Below are positions 1 to 12,913 of a DNA stretch of 64,000 nucleotides, piece by piece; position 1 is the stretch's first letter, and each line of letters begins with the position of its first letter. The stretch comes from an uncultured Actinomycetes bacterium (GTDB lineage: Bacteria > Actinomycetota > Thermoleophilia > UBA2241). The stretch is taken from contig CAVYCN010000002.1 of assembly GCA_963767005.1 (NCBI GenBank), positions 345,272 through 409,271 of the forward strand, written 5' to 3'. The notes beneath the pieces are model-generated. The model did not search any database and was not told the DNA's origin. It was given only the letters and a program-made list of their open reading frames with translations. The translations under genes were made by a program, and so were the position numbers.

Positions 1-643
1 TGACGACGACCCCGACTGCGTGCGAGGCAACCGGCGTACGCTCGCGGCCGCGCTGGGCATCGACGCGGACGCGCTGGTGGTGCCCGGACAGGTGCACGGC
101 ACGACCGTGGCCGTGGTGGGGCCGGCGGAGCGGGGAAGAGGCGCGCGCGAGCCGGCCGACGTCGTCCGCGACACCGACGGCCTGCTCACGACCGCTGCGG
201 GGCTGCCGCTCGTCGTGAGCGTCGCCGACTGCGTGCCGGTGGTGCTCGCCGCCGGGCGCCCGGCGCGCGCCGTCGCGGCGGTGCACGCCGGTTGGCGCGG
301 CATGGTCGCGGGCATCGTCGGACAGGCGGCGCGGGCGCTCGGCGCCTATGGCGCAGCCCGCGCCGCCGTCATCGGGCCCAGCATCGGGCCATGCTGCTTC
401 GCCGTGTCCGCCGACGTCGGCGAGGCCTTCGAGGAGCGCTGGCCCGGCACCTGGCGCGACGGGCGCGTCGACCTGTGGGAGGCGGCTCGCCGGCAGCTCA
501 CCGAGGCCGGCGTCCCCGCCGAGGCCGTGGTCACGAGCGGGCTCTGCACCTATCACGATGCGCGCTTCTTCTCGCACCGGCGCGAGCACGGTGTGACCGG
601 CAGGCAGGCGGCCGTCGTCTGGATCACAGGAGGGAAGACGTGA
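1..643 (+). CDS. pgeF: YfiH/PgeF family laccase-domain protein (DUF152), 5' end truncated by window
   Basis: ORF 20..643 translation carries the HAGWRG and GPSIGPCCF motifs typical of YfiH. It sits at the head of the yggS-sepF-yggT-divIVA cluster as in Gram-positive division clusters. Confidence 0.8.
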   Translation, partial: DDDPDCVRGNRRTLAAALGIDADALVVPGQVHGTTVAVVGPAERGRGAREPADVVRDTDGLLTTAAGLPLVVSVADCVPVVLAAGRPARAVAAVHAGWRGMVAGIVGQAARALGAYGAARAAVIGPSIGPCCFAVSADVGEAFEERWPGTWRDGRVDLWEAARRQLTEAGVPAEAVVTSGLCTYHDARFFSHRREHGVTGRQAAVVWITGGKT

Positions 644-1329
644 AGCAGTACAGCGGGAGCGCCGCGCACGTGCGGGAGCGGTTCGCCGAGGTCCGTGAGC
701 GCGTCGACGAGGCCGCCGCCCGGGCGGGCCGGCGGCCCGGCGAGGTCGAGGTCCTCGTGGCCACCAAGTACGTGGCCACCGACGACATGGGCGTGCTCGC
801 CGAGGCCGGCATCACGCTGGTCGGCGAGAACCGCGCCCAGGACCTGGCCGCCAAGCACGAGCGCTTCGCCGACGCCTTCACGTTCGACTTCATCGGTCAC
901 CTGCAGAGCCGCAAGGTCAAGCTCGTGCTGCCGCTCGTGCGCCTCATCCACTCGGTCTCCACGGCGAGCGTCGTAGAGGAACTGCAGGCCCGCGCGCAGA
1001 ACCCTGTTGACGTGCTGCTCGAGGTCAACATCGGGGGAGAGGCGTCAAAGTCGGGGGTCGGTCCGGCCGACGTCGAGCGCTTTCTCGACGAGGCGGCGCC
1101 GCACGACAGGGTGCGCTTCGCCGGCCTCATGTGCATGCCGCCGCTCGAGGCCGACCCCGAGGGCGCGGCGCCGTATTTCGCCCGCACACGAGAGCTTGCC
1201 GCCGACCTTTCGACGCGCTGGGCCGGACGATATACTTTCGCGCAGTTGTCGATGGGCACGAGCGCAGACTACGACGTCGCGGTACGCGAGGGTGCGACGA
1301 TCGTCCGCGTCGGGAGCGTGCTCTTCTGA
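640..1329 (+). CDS. yggS: YggS family PLP-binding (PLP homeostasis) protein
   Basis: Translation from GTG 640 (VKQYSGSAAHVRERF...LVATKYV...GENRAQ...MGTSADY) is alanine-racemase-fold YggS. The start overlaps the pgeF stop (GTGA). Confidence 0.85.
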   Translation: MKQYSGSAAHVRERFAEVRERVDEAAARAGRRPGEVEVLVATKYVATDDMGVLAEAGITLVGENRAQDLAAKHERFADAFTFDFIGHLQSRKVKLVLPLVRLIHSVSTASVVEELQARAQNPVDVLLEVNIGGEASKSGVGPADVERFLDEAAPHDRVRFAGLMCMPPLEADPEGAAPYFARTRELAADLSTRWAGRYTFAQLSMGTSADYDVAVREGATIVRVGSVLF

Positions 1330-1348
1330 CGCCCGACCAGGAGGAACG

Positions 1349-1885
1349 ATGGGTCTAGGAGATAGCTGGCACAAGGTGATGGTCTACTTCGGCATCTCCG
1401 AAGACGAGGAGTACGACGACGAAGAGACCCTCGCGCCCTCCGACGAGCTCGAGCGCTCCTACCAGGATCGGCCCAACGTCCGCAAGCTCTCCCGCAGTGC
1501 GCGCGGCCGCCAGGCCGAGTACGACGACATCTTCGCCGACGAGCCGCCGGCGCGCCAGCAGCGGGCCGCCGCCGTCGTGCGCCCGATCGAGGCGCCGCGC
1601 CCGCAGCGCGTCGAGGTGCACCTCGTCATCCCCAAGAACTTCAACGACGCGCAGCAGATCGCCGACAAGTTCAAGGTCGACATCCCGGTGATCGTCAACT
1701 TGCAGGGGTCGGACACCGACCTGTCCAAGCGCCTGATCGATTTCTCGAGTGGGCTCACGTACGCCCTCGACGGCGGCATGCAGCGGGTCGCCGACAAGGT
1801 GTTTCTGCTCACGCCGCGCAACGTCGAGGTCTCCGCCGAGGAGCGTGCCCGCCTCATCGAGAAGGGCTTCTTCAACCAGTTTTGA
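1349..1885 (+). CDS. sepF: cell division protein SepF
   Basis: MGLGDSWHKVMVYFGI... with the C-terminal conserved SepF core (VHLVIPKNFNDAQQIADKFK...VIVNL). GGAGGA RBS 8 nt upstream of ATG 1349. Confidence 0.9.
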   Translation: MGLGDSWHKVMVYFGISEDEEYDDEETLAPSDELERSYQDRPNVRKLSRSARGRQAEYDDIFADEPPARQQRAAAVVRPIEAPRPQRVEVHLVIPKNFNDAQQIADKFKVDIPVIVNLQGSDTDLSKRLIDFSSGLTYALDGGMQRVADKVFLLTPRNVEVSAEERARLIEKGFFNQF

Positions 1886-2682
1886 CCATGCGCGCAGGAC
1901 TCCTCGGCGCCGGGCACATCGCACGGGCCCTTGCTGAGGGCTGGCACCGGCCGTCCCCCGATCTCAGCGCGCGGCCCGACCTCTTCGTCTACGATCCCCT
2001 CGACGAGCGCGCCGCGTCGCTCGCGGCCGCCTTCGAGGCGCGGGTCTGCGTCGCGCCCGCCGAGCTCGCCCGCGCTTGCGACGTCGTCGTCCTTGCCATG
2101 CGTCCGGCCGACGTGGCCGGCGGGCTCGCGGCCCTGAGGCCGGCGGTCGGGGAGACGGCGCTCGTCTCGGTCGCCGCCGCCGTGCCGCTCGCGACGCTGC
2201 TCGGCGGACTGCCGCCGGGCGCCCGTGTGGCACGCGTCATGCCCAACGTGGCCGCCGCGGTCGGACAGGGCGTCTTTCTGTTCGTACCGGGTACGCTCTC
2301 AGCGCGGCAGGCGGGCGAGGTCGCCGGCTTGTTCGCTCTGGCAGGGATGGTGGTCGAAGTGGCCGAGGAACAGTTCGACGCGGCGACCGCGGTCGCCGGC
2401 TGCGGCCCAGGCTTCACCGCGCTCTTCATCGAAGCGCTGGCCAAGGCCGGCGCGGCGAGCGGGCTCGACGCGACGCTCGCCCGGCGCCTCGCGATCGGTG
2501 GCGTGGCCGGGGCGGCCGCTCTCTTGGCGCGCGACGGCGACCCGGTCGCGCTGCGCGAAGCGATCGCCACGCCGGGCGGCATGACGGCCGCGGGCGTCGA
2601 GGTGCTCGAGAGGAACGATCTGCGGGGGGCGCTCGGCGCGGCGGTCGCCGCGGCCGTAGCACACGCCAGGCGTACACCGTGA
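1882..2682 (+). CDS. proC: pyrroline-5-carboxylate reductase
   Basis: NADP Rossmann N-terminus (LLGAGHIARAL) and ProC dimerisation motif (GCGPGFTALFIEALAKAG). The start may be TTG 1882 or ATG 1888. Confidence 0.85.
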   Translation: MTMRAGLLGAGHIARALAEGWHRPSPDLSARPDLFVYDPLDERAASLAAAFEARVCVAPAELARACDVVVLAMRPADVAGGLAALRPAVGETALVSVAAAVPLATLLGGLPPGARVARVMPNVAAAVGQGVFLFVPGTLSARQAGEVAGLFALAGMVVEVAEEQFDAATAVAGCGPGFTALFIEALAKAGAASGLDATLARRLAIGGVAGAAALLARDGDPVALREAIATPGGMTAAGVEVLERNDLRGALGAAVAAAVAHARRTP

Positions 2683-2960
2683 GCTTCCTGGCGAGCGTCG
2701 TCAACCTGGCCTTCGAGCTCTACTGGCTCGCCATCATCGGACGCATCCTGCTGAGCTGGGTGCCGCTGCGGTCCGGCACGTTCGCCTACCGCGTGTACAG
2801 TATCCTGTACGATGCGACCGAGCCGTATCTGCGGCTCTTCCGTCGGTATCTGCCCACGATACGGTTCGGCAACGCCGCCCTCGATCTGAGTCCGCTGGTC
2901 GGCCTCGTGGTCCTGGTCGTCGTGAACCAGATCGTCGTTCGTCTGATCGCTCGGCTCTAG
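2679..2960 (+). CDS. yggT: YggT family membrane protein
   Basis: Small hydrophobic protein (ELYWLAIIGRILLSWVP...) in the conserved position between sepF and divIVA. GTG 2679 overlaps the proC stop. Confidence 0.8.
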   Translation: MSFLASVVNLAFELYWLAIIGRILLSWVPLRSGTFAYRVYSILYDATEPYLRLFRRYLPTIRFGNAALDLSPLVGLVVLVVVNQIVVRLIARL

Positions 2961-2983
2961 ACCGCGCCAAGACTGGAGGCCCG

Positions 2984-3868
2984 ATGAAGCTCACTCCGCT
3001 CGACATCCGGCACAAGGAGTTCAAGCGCGGCATGCGCGGCTACGTCGACGGCGAGGTCGACGAGTTCCTCGACGAGGTCGCCGACGAGTTCGAGCGGCTC
3101 TTCAAGGAGAACATCGAGCTGTCCGAGCGCGGGGAGAGCCTCCAGGAGAAGCTCGACCAGTACCGCAACCTCGAAGAGACGCTGCAGAACACGCTGGTCG
3201 CGGCCCAGCGCAGCGCCGAGGAGCTCAAGGCCAACGCGCAGAAGGAGGCTCAGCTCATGCTGAGCGAGGCCGAGCTCAAGGCGCGCGAGATGGTCAACCA
3301 GTCCTACGCCGACAAGCAGACAGTCGAGAAGCAGATCGTCGTGCTGAAGGCCGCCGAAGAGGACTTCCGCTTCAAGTTCCGCTCACTGCTCGAAGGCTAT
3401 GCCAAGCAGCTCACCGAGGCCGACGCGGCCACGAAGAAGGCCGAGCAGTTCGCCGGTCACGGCGAGCAGATCAGAGACGCCATGGCGCGTGACGCGGCGG
3501 CGCGCCCGGTGCCGGGCGCGGGTGCGCCATCCCCGGGACCGGGCGCTCCCGTGCCGCCGCCCGCGCGGCCCGCCGGCGCCGGCGAGCCGCCGTTCAGGCC
3601 GGCCGTGCCGCCGGCCGAGCGTCCCACGGCGCCCGGGGCGGCCGCGACCGCGCCGCTCGGCGCCGAGCGCGACGGCGCCGCCGGTCCCACCGCCGCGGAT
3701 GGCGAGAACGGCGCGACCGGCGTGGAGTCGGGCAAGGTCGCCGTGCCGCCCGCCGAGCGTCCCGGGCCGGCCGCCGCGGGTCAGCCGCGCGCGCCGTTCC
3801 TCGGCGATGCCGACGATCTCCTGTCCGACGTCGACGGTGAGATCGACGAGAACGCCTTCAAGTGGTGA
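2984..3868 (+). CDS. divIVA: DivIVA domain cell-division/polar growth protein
   Basis: N-terminal DivIVA domain (MKLTPLDIRHKEFKRGMRGY...EVDEFLDEVA) followed by coiled coil and a long Pro/Ala-rich low-complexity tail. Confidence 0.9.
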   Translation: MKLTPLDIRHKEFKRGMRGYVDGEVDEFLDEVADEFERLFKENIELSERGESLQEKLDQYRNLEETLQNTLVAAQRSAEELKANAQKEAQLMLSEAELKAREMVNQSYADKQTVEKQIVVLKAAEEDFRFKFRSLLEGYAKQLTEADAATKKAEQFAGHGEQIRDAMARDAAARPVPGAGAPSPGPGAPVPPPARPAGAGEPPFRPAVPPAERPTAPGAAATAPLGAERDGAAGPTAADGENGATGVESGKVAVPPAERPGPAAAGQPRAPFLGDADDLLSDVDGEIDENAFKW

Positions 3869-3878
3869 CGGCGCGCCG

Positions 3879-4172
3879 CTGCGCGCCGCGAGCGACGGTC
3901 TGCGGCTCGCCGTCTGGGCTTCGCCCGGCCGGCGACGCTCGGCCTTGGCCGGCGTCGCCGACGGGCGCCTGCGCGTGCAGGTAGCGGCCCCGGCCGTCGA
4001 CGGACGTGCCAACCGCGAGCTCCTGCGTTTCCTCGCCGGCGAGCTCGGCGTGGCGCCGAGCACCCTGGCGCTGGTGGCCGGCGAGAGCGGGCGACGCAAG
4101 ACGATCGCGATCGCCGGCCTCGACCTGGTGACGGCTGCCGCGCGGCTGGGCCTCGGCGGAGACGAGCGGTGA
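3879..4172 (+). CDS. DUF167 (YggU family) protein; start codon uncertain
   Basis: The C-terminal ~95 aa of ORF 3399..4172 (LRLAVWASPG...VQVAAPAVDGRANRELLRFLAGELGV...) match the YggU fold. There is no in-frame ATG/GTG/TTG near the expected N-terminus, so the start is possibly CTG 3879 or TTG 3945. Confidence 0.6.
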   Translation: MRAASDGLRLAVWASPGRRRSALAGVADGRLRVQVAAPAVDGRANRELLRFLAGELGVAPSTLALVAGESGRRKTIAIAGLDLVTAAARLGLGGDER

Positions 4173-4648
4173 CCGGCTCGTCCGGGGCGGCGCTGCGCGG
4201 CGTCCGGCTGCGCGCCAGTGTCCTCGCCCTCGTGGTCCTCGGCGCCGACCAGCTCGCCGGCTGGCTCGTGCGCCACGAGGCGGCCCACCTGCCGTGGACG
4301 TTGGGTCGCGAGCTTGGCGTGCGGGTGGCGCACAACACCGGCATCTCGTTCAGTCGCCTGTCGGACAGCGGGGATTGGCTACGCTGGGTCATCGGCGCCG
4401 TCTGCGTCGCCCTGGCCGTTGCCCTCTGGCGCGCTCCGGCGCGTTTCGCCGTGCCCCTGGCGCTCGTGCTCGGAGGCGCGGCCGGCAACCTCGTCGACCG
4501 TCTGCGTTTCGGTTACGTCCTCGACTACGTCGGCATCGGCTCCTGGCCGACGTTCAACGTCGGCGACGTCGCGATCGCCGTCGGCGCCGCGCTCATCGCG
4601 CTCGCCGTGCTCTTCCCGGCGGGCGCCGGCGTGCGCCCTGAGGAGTGA
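4169..4648 (+). CDS. lspA: lipoprotein signal peptidase II
   Basis: Four TM segments with the conserved LspA motifs (NTGISF, GGAAGNLVDR, FNVGDVAI). GTG 4169 overlaps the upstream stop. Confidence 0.85.
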   Translation: MTGSSGAALRGVRLRASVLALVVLGADQLAGWLVRHEAAHLPWTLGRELGVRVAHNTGISFSRLSDSGDWLRWVIGAVCVALAVALWRAPARFAVPLALVLGGAAGNLVDRLRFGYVLDYVGIGSWPTFNVGDVAIAVGAALIALAVLFPAGAGVRPEE

Positions 4649-4655
4649 GGCCGTC

Positions 4656-5567
4656 GTGCCCGGCTTCGTGCCGAGCGGCGACGAGCTCGGCGTGCGCCTC
4701 GACGCGGCGCTCGCTCGTCGCCTCGACACGAGTCGAGCCGCCGCCCAGCGTCTGATCGAGTCGGGCGCCGTCACCGTGGCCGGCCGGCCGGCCGGCAAGA
4801 GCCACGTGCTGCGCGCCGGCGACGAGGTGGCCTACGAGGCCCCTCGGCCGGCCGCGACGAAGCTCACCGCCGAGGCCGTGCCGTACCGCCTGGTCTACGA
4901 GGACGACGACCTGCTCGTCGTCGACAAGCCGGCCGGCGTCGTCGTGCATCCCGCGCCGGGCCACGAGCACGGCACCCTCGTGCAGGGGTTGCTCGCGCGC
5001 GGCATCGCCGGCGGGCACGAGTCGCGCCCCGGCGTGGTCCACCGCCTCGACCGCGACACGTCGGGCCTTCTGATCGTGGCCCGTACCACCGTCGCGCACC
5101 GGCGCCTGGTCGAGCAGATGGCGCGCCGCGAGATCACCCGGCGCTACGTGGCCCTCGTGGTGGGCGACCTGCCGCACGACGCCGCCACAATCGACGCGCC
5201 GCTCGGCCGCCACGTGCGCGATCGCAAGCGGATCTCGGTGCACACGACGCGGCCGCGACGGGCCGTCACCCATGTCGCAGTGCGCCGGCGCCTCCCGGGC
5301 TACACCCTGCTCGACGTGCGGCTCGAGACGGGGCGCACGCACCAGATCAGGGTGCATCTCGCGGCGCTCGGCCACGCCGTGGCGGGGGACACCGTATACG
5401 GGGCGCGCCAGCGGCCGCCGGGTCTTGACCGCCAGTTCCTGCACGCCGCGCACCTCGAGCTGCGGCACCCCACGAGCGGCGCGGCGCTCGCCTTCGACGC
5501 GCCGCTGCCCGACGACCTGGCCGGGTTCCTGACGGCTCTCGAAGCGGCCGCTGCCCCGACCCCCTAG
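4656..5567 (+). CDS. rluD: RluA/RluD family 23S rRNA pseudouridine synthase
   Basis: S4 domain N-terminus, then the catalytic HRLDRDTSGLL motif and conserved C-terminal block (THQIRVHLA). lspA-rluD adjacency as in Bacillus. Confidence 0.85.
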   Translation: MPGFVPSGDELGVRLDAALARRLDTSRAAAQRLIESGAVTVAGRPAGKSHVLRAGDEVAYEAPRPAATKLTAEAVPYRLVYEDDDLLVVDKPAGVVVHPAPGHEHGTLVQGLLARGIAGGHESRPGVVHRLDRDTSGLLIVARTTVAHRRLVEQMARREITRRYVALVVGDLPHDAATIDAPLGRHVRDRKRISVHTTRPRRAVTHVAVRRRLPGYTLLDVRLETGRTHQIRVHLAALGHAVAGDTVYGARQRPPGLDRQFLHAAHLELRHPTSGAALAFDAPLPDDLAGFLTALEAAAAPTP

Positions 5568-5593
5568 CCGCCGCGGGCCGCCGGCCGCGGGCC

Positions 5594-5622
5594 TTGACCG
5601 CGCCGCCGCGCCGGTCTAGAGT
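5594..5622 (+). promoter_or_regulatory. putative sigma70-type promoter of the pyr operon (TTGACC-17 nt-TAGAGT)
   Basis: Hexamers read directly in the intergenic region between rluD and pyrR. Confidence 0.4.
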
Positions 5623-5629
5623 CGTGAAA

Positions 5630-5722
5630 ACCTTTAAGTCCAGGTCCGAGAGACCGGAAAGGGGTGCTTCATGACGCACCGTGCCAGCAGGTCCGCCGCC
5701 CACTCCGGGGCGGTGTTTTTTT
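5630..5722 (+). promoter_or_regulatory. PyrR-binding attenuator leader with intrinsic terminator
   Basis: GUCCAGGUCCGAGAGACCGGAAAGGG resembles the PyrR binding-loop consensus (UCCAGAGAGGCU). It is followed by hairpin CCGCCC-ACUCCG-GGGCGG plus U7 (about 5693..5722), immediately before the pyrR ATG. Confidence 0.65.
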
Positions 5723-6301
5723 ATGTCTGAACGCGGCGACAGGGTCGTTATGACCGGCGAGCAGCTCGGCCGCACGGTCACCCGCATGGCCCACGAGATC
5801 CTCGAGAAGAACTCCGGCCAGGAGCGCCTTGCGGTGGTCGGTATCCACACGCGCGGCGCCTACCTGGCGCGCCGCCTGCACGCGATCCTGTCGGACATCG
5901 CGGGGCGTGAGCTGCCGCTCGGCGACCTCGACATCTCCTTCTATCGCGACGACGTCGCGGCGCGCGGCGCCTGGGGAGTGGTGCCGGCGACGCCCAACCC
6001 GGTCGTCAAGAGCAGCGACCTCGCTTTCGAGGTCGACGGCGCTACGGTGGTGCTCGTCGACGACGTGCTCTACACCGGACGCACGATCAAGGCCGCGATC
6101 GACGCCCTGTTCGACTACGGCCGGCCGTCTCGCGTGCAGCTCGCCGTCCTCGTCGACCGCGGTCATCGCGAGCTGCCGATCAGGCCCGACTACATCGGCA
6201 AGAACCTGCCGACGGCGCGCAACGAGCGCATCGCCGTGCACCTCTCCGAGGTCGACGGCTCAGACGAGGTCGTGCTCGAGAGCCCGGCCGGGGAGGAATG
6301 A
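5723..6301 (+). CDS. pyrR: bifunctional pyrimidine operon regulator / uracil phosphoribosyltransferase PyrR
   Basis: PRTase fold with PRPP-binding motif VVLVDDVLYTGRT. It is the first gene of the pyr operon. Confidence 0.9.
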   Translation: MSERGDRVVMTGEQLGRTVTRMAHEILEKNSGQERLAVVGIHTRGAYLARRLHAILSDIAGRELPLGDLDISFYRDDVAARGAWGVVPATPNPVVKSSDLAFEVDGATVVLVDDVLYTGRTIKAAIDALFDYGRPSRVQLAVLVDRGHRELPIRPDYIGKNLPTARNERIAVHLSEVDGSDEVVLESPAGEE

Positions 6302-6302
6302 C

Positions 6303-7247
6303 ATGGCCAAGCGTGACCTGCTGTCGATCGACGATCTGACCCGCTCCGAGGCCGAGCTCATCCTCGAGACGGCCGAGAGCTTCCTGCCCGTGCTGCAACG
6401 CGACATCAAGAAGGTGCCGACGCTGCGCGGTCGCACGATCATCAACATGTTCTACGAATCCTCGACCCGCACGCTGACGAGCTTCGAGCTCGCCGCCAAG
6501 CGCCTGTCGGCCGACACCATGAACGTGCGCGCCGCGGGCTCGGCGGTCGACAAGGGCGAGTCGCTCAAGGACACCATCCTCACGCTGTCGGCCTACCAGC
6601 CCGACATCATCGTCATGCGGCACCCCCAGATCGGCGCCTGCCGTCTCGCCTCGCGATACACGGGGGCGAGCGTGGTGAACGCCGGCGACGGCAAGTTCCA
6701 GCACCCCTCGCAGTGCCTGCTCGACCTCTTCACCATGCGCCAGGCGCTCGGCCGCGACCTCGACGGCATGAAGGTCTGGATCGTGGGCGACATCCTGCAC
6801 AGCCGCGTGGCGCGCTCCGACATCGCCGGCTTCCAGCTCCTCGGCATGGACGTGACCGTCGCCGGCCCGCCGTCGCTCATCCCGCGCGACGCCGAGGCCC
6901 TGGGCGTGAAGGTCGAGTACACGCTCGACCGCCTCGCCGAGGCCGACGTGATCTACCTGCTGCGCATGCAGATGGAGCGCATGCAGGAGGGCGCCAACTT
7001 CATCCCCTCGCTGCGCGAGTACTCGGCGCTCTACGGCATGACGCTCGAGCGCCTGCGCCCCGGCCAGAAGGTCATGCACCCCGGTCCGATCAACCGCGGC
7101 GTCGAGATCAGCCCGGCGATCGCCGACCACCCCGACACGCTGATCCTCGAGCAGGTCGAGAGCGGCCTCGCCGTGCGCATGGCGATCCTCTACCGCACGA
7201 TCGCCGGATACGACGAACGGCCCGCCCACGAAAGGGGTGCGGCATGA
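6303..7247 (+). CDS. pyrB: aspartate carbamoyltransferase catalytic subunit
   Basis: STRT carbamoyl-phosphate motif (FYESSTRTLTSFELA) and the HPQ and HPGP motifs. Confidence 0.95.
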   Translation: MAKRDLLSIDDLTRSEAELILETAESFLPVLQRDIKKVPTLRGRTIINMFYESSTRTLTSFELAAKRLSADTMNVRAAGSAVDKGESLKDTILTLSAYQPDIIVMRHPQIGACRLASRYTGASVVNAGDGKFQHPSQCLLDLFTMRQALGRDLDGMKVWIVGDILHSRVARSDIAGFQLLGMDVTVAGPPSLIPRDAEALGVKVEYTLDRLAEADVIYLLRMQMERMQEGANFIPSLREYSALYGMTLERLRPGQKVMHPGPINRGVEISPAIADHPDTLILEQVESGLAVRMAILYRTIAGYDERPAHERGAA

Positions 7248-8563
7248 CCGTGCAGACGTGGAGCAAGGCAGGCGCGGGCGCCGAGCTGCTCGTGCGCGGC
7301 GCGCGCGTCGTCGACCCGCAGGCGGGGCTCGACCAGACGGTGGACGTGCTCGTCCGCAAGGGCCGGATCGCCGAGATCGGCGAGGGGCTCGCGGCGCCGG
7401 CCAAGGTGCGCGTGGTCGAGGGCGATGGCGCGCTGCTGCTGCCGGGCTTCGTCGACCTGCACGCCCACCTGCGCACGCCGGGGCGCGAGGACGAAGAGGA
7501 CATCGTGAGCGGCACGGCCGCGGCCGCGGCCGGCGGCTACGTGACGATCTTCGCCATGGCCAACACCGACCCCGTGGTCGACACGGCACCCGTGCTCGAG
7601 GGGCTGGCGCGCCAGGCGGCCGCCGTGGCGAGCGTACCGGTCGGCTTCTTCGCCGCCATGAGCAAGGGCCTCGCCGGCAAGCAGCTCACCGAGATGCACG
7701 AGCTCGCCGCGGCCGGCGCCGTCGGCTTCAGCGACGACGGCCGTCCGCCGGCGAGCGCCTTGCTGCTGCGCCGCGCGCTGCAGTACGCCAAGGTCACCGA
7801 CCGCTTCGTCGCCGTCCACGCCCAGGACGACTCGCTCATGGGCACGGGCGTCATGCACGAGGGCGCCGTGTCGGCCAAGCTCGGCCTGGGCGGCATCCCT
7901 GCCATCGCCGAGAGCGCCGACGTGGCGCGCGCCCTCGAGGTCGCGCGCTACGAGAGCGGCCGCCTCCACCTCTGCCACCTGAGCACGGCGCTGTCGCTCG
8001 AGCACCTGGCCCGCGGCCGCGAGCTCGGTGTGCCGGTGACGGCCGAAGCCACGCCGCATCACCTCACGCTGACCGACGACGCCGTGGTGAGCCTCGACTC
8101 CAACCTCAAGATGAACCCGCCGCTGCGGCCCGAGGCCGATCGCAAGGCGCTCGTCGAGGCCCTGCGCGACGGCCTCATCGACTGCGTGGCCACCGACCAC
8201 GCGCCGCACGCGCAGCAGGAGAAGGAGGTCCCCTTCGAGGCCGCACCGTTCGGCACGACGGGGCTCGAGACGGCCTTCGCCGCGCTCTACAGCGGTCTCG
8301 TGCTGACCGGCGAGCTGCCGCTCCCGGTCCTCGTGACCCGTATGAGCCAGGCGCCGGCCACGCTCGCGGGCCTGCCCGCTCCGACGATCGCGGCGGGTGT
8401 GCCGGCCGATCTGTGCCTGGTCGACGTCACGACGCCCTGGACGGTCGCGGCGACCGACCTGCACTCGCGGTCGGCCAACTCCGCCTGGCTCGGACGTACC
8501 GTCAAGGGACGCGTCAGACTCACCGTCGCCGCAGGCCGCGTCGCCTACGACGACCGTGCCTAG
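7244..8563 (+). CDS. pyrC: dihydroorotase
   Basis: Metal-dependent amidohydrolase (GFVDLHAHLR ... DHAPH). ATG overlaps the pyrB stop (ATGA). Confidence 0.9.
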   Translation: MTVQTWSKAGAGAELLVRGARVVDPQAGLDQTVDVLVRKGRIAEIGEGLAAPAKVRVVEGDGALLLPGFVDLHAHLRTPGREDEEDIVSGTAAAAAGGYVTIFAMANTDPVVDTAPVLEGLARQAAAVASVPVGFFAAMSKGLAGKQLTEMHELAAAGAVGFSDDGRPPASALLLRRALQYAKVTDRFVAVHAQDDSLMGTGVMHEGAVSAKLGLGGIPAIAESADVARALEVARYESGRLHLCHLSTALSLEHLARGRELGVPVTAEATPHHLTLTDDAVVSLDSNLKMNPPLRPEADRKALVEALRDGLIDCVATDHAPHAQQEKEVPFEAAPFGTTGLETAFAALYSGLVLTGELPLPVLVTRMSQAPATLAGLPAPTIAAGVPADLCLVDVTTPWTVAATDLHSRSANSAWLGRTVKGRVRLTVAAGRVAYDDRA

Positions 8564-9701
8564 CCCGGCCCTCGTCGTCCTCGAAGACGGCGCCGCCTTT
8601 CGCGGCGAGGCGATGGTCGGGTCGGGGACGGTCGGTGGTGAGATCGTCTTCAACACGGCGATGACGGGCTACCAGGAGATCGCGACCGACCCGTCGTACT
8701 GCGGCCAGATCGTGACGTACACGTTCCCGTTGAACGGCGACTACGGCGCCGACCCGGCGCGCGACGAGTCCGACCGGGCGCACGCGCGCGCCATCGTCGC
8801 CCGCGAGCTCGTGAACTACGCCTTCAACCGGGCATCGAGCACGAGCTGGCTCGACTGGTTGAGCGCCCACGGTGTGCTCGCCGTGAGCGGCGTCGACACC
8901 CGCGCGCTCACGCGCCACATCCGCAGCCGCGGCGCGTTGCGCGCGGTGGTGTCGACCGACGATCCCGACGTCGGCTCGCTGCGCAAGCGCGCGCAGCGGC
9001 TGCCACGCATGGCGGGGCTCGACCTCGCGAGCGCCGTCACGCGGGCACAGCCGGCCGAGAGCCCGACGACCGCCGAGCCGGCCGACGGCGGGCCGCCGCT
9101 GCACGTGGTCGCGCTCGACTTCGGCATCAAGCGCTCGATCGTCGGCTACCTCGCGGCGGCCGGGTGCCGCACGACCGTCGTGCCGGCGGGCACGGCCGCG
9201 CGCGACATCCTCAGGCTCGCGCCCGACGGCGTCTTTCTGTCGAACGGTCCGGGCGACCCGGCGGCCGTCGGCTACGCCGTGAAGACCGTCCAGAAGCTGC
9301 TCGGCCAGACGCCGCTGTTCGGCATCTGCCTGGGACACCAGCTCCTCGCTCTGGCGCTCGGCATGCCCACCTACAAGCTCAAGTTCGGTCATCGCGGCGC
9401 CAACCACCCGGTGAAGGAGCTCGGCACGGGCGCGATCGAGATCACGACGCAGAACCACGGCTTCGCGGTGCGCGACGAGCCCTCGTCGAAGCGTGACGCG
9501 ACCGTGCGGGTCACCCACGTGAACCTGAACGACGGCACGGTCGAGGGCGTCGCCGCGCCCGAGCGCTACGCCTTCTCCGTGCAGTACCACCCCGAATCGA
9601 CGCCGGGACCGCACGACTCCCTGCACCTGTTCGGGCGCTTCGTGGCCGAGATGCGGCGCTTCGCCGCAGAGCGTGCGCCGGCCGTGGCGGAGGTGCGCTA
9701 G
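8556..9701 (+). CDS. carA: carbamoyl-phosphate synthase small (glutaminase) subunit
   Basis: N-terminal CPSase small-chain domain plus class I glutamine amidotransferase with catalytic GICLGHQ. GTG 8556 overlaps the pyrC end. Confidence 0.9.
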   Translation: MPSPALVVLEDGAAFRGEAMVGSGTVGGEIVFNTAMTGYQEIATDPSYCGQIVTYTFPLNGDYGADPARDESDRAHARAIVARELVNYAFNRASSTSWLDWLSAHGVLAVSGVDTRALTRHIRSRGALRAVVSTDDPDVGSLRKRAQRLPRMAGLDLASAVTRAQPAESPTTAEPADGGPPLHVVALDFGIKRSIVGYLAAAGCRTTVVPAGTAARDILRLAPDGVFLSNGPGDPAAVGYAVKTVQKLLGQTPLFGICLGHQLLALALGMPTYKLKFGHRGANHPVKELGTGAIEITTQNHGFAVRDEPSSKRDATVRVTHVNLNDGTVEGVAAPERYAFSVQYHPESTPGPHDSLHLFGRFVAEMRRFAAERAPAVAEVR

Positions 9702-9703
9702 CT

Positions 9704-12909
<3,206 letters not shown>

Positions 12910-12913
<4 letters not shown>

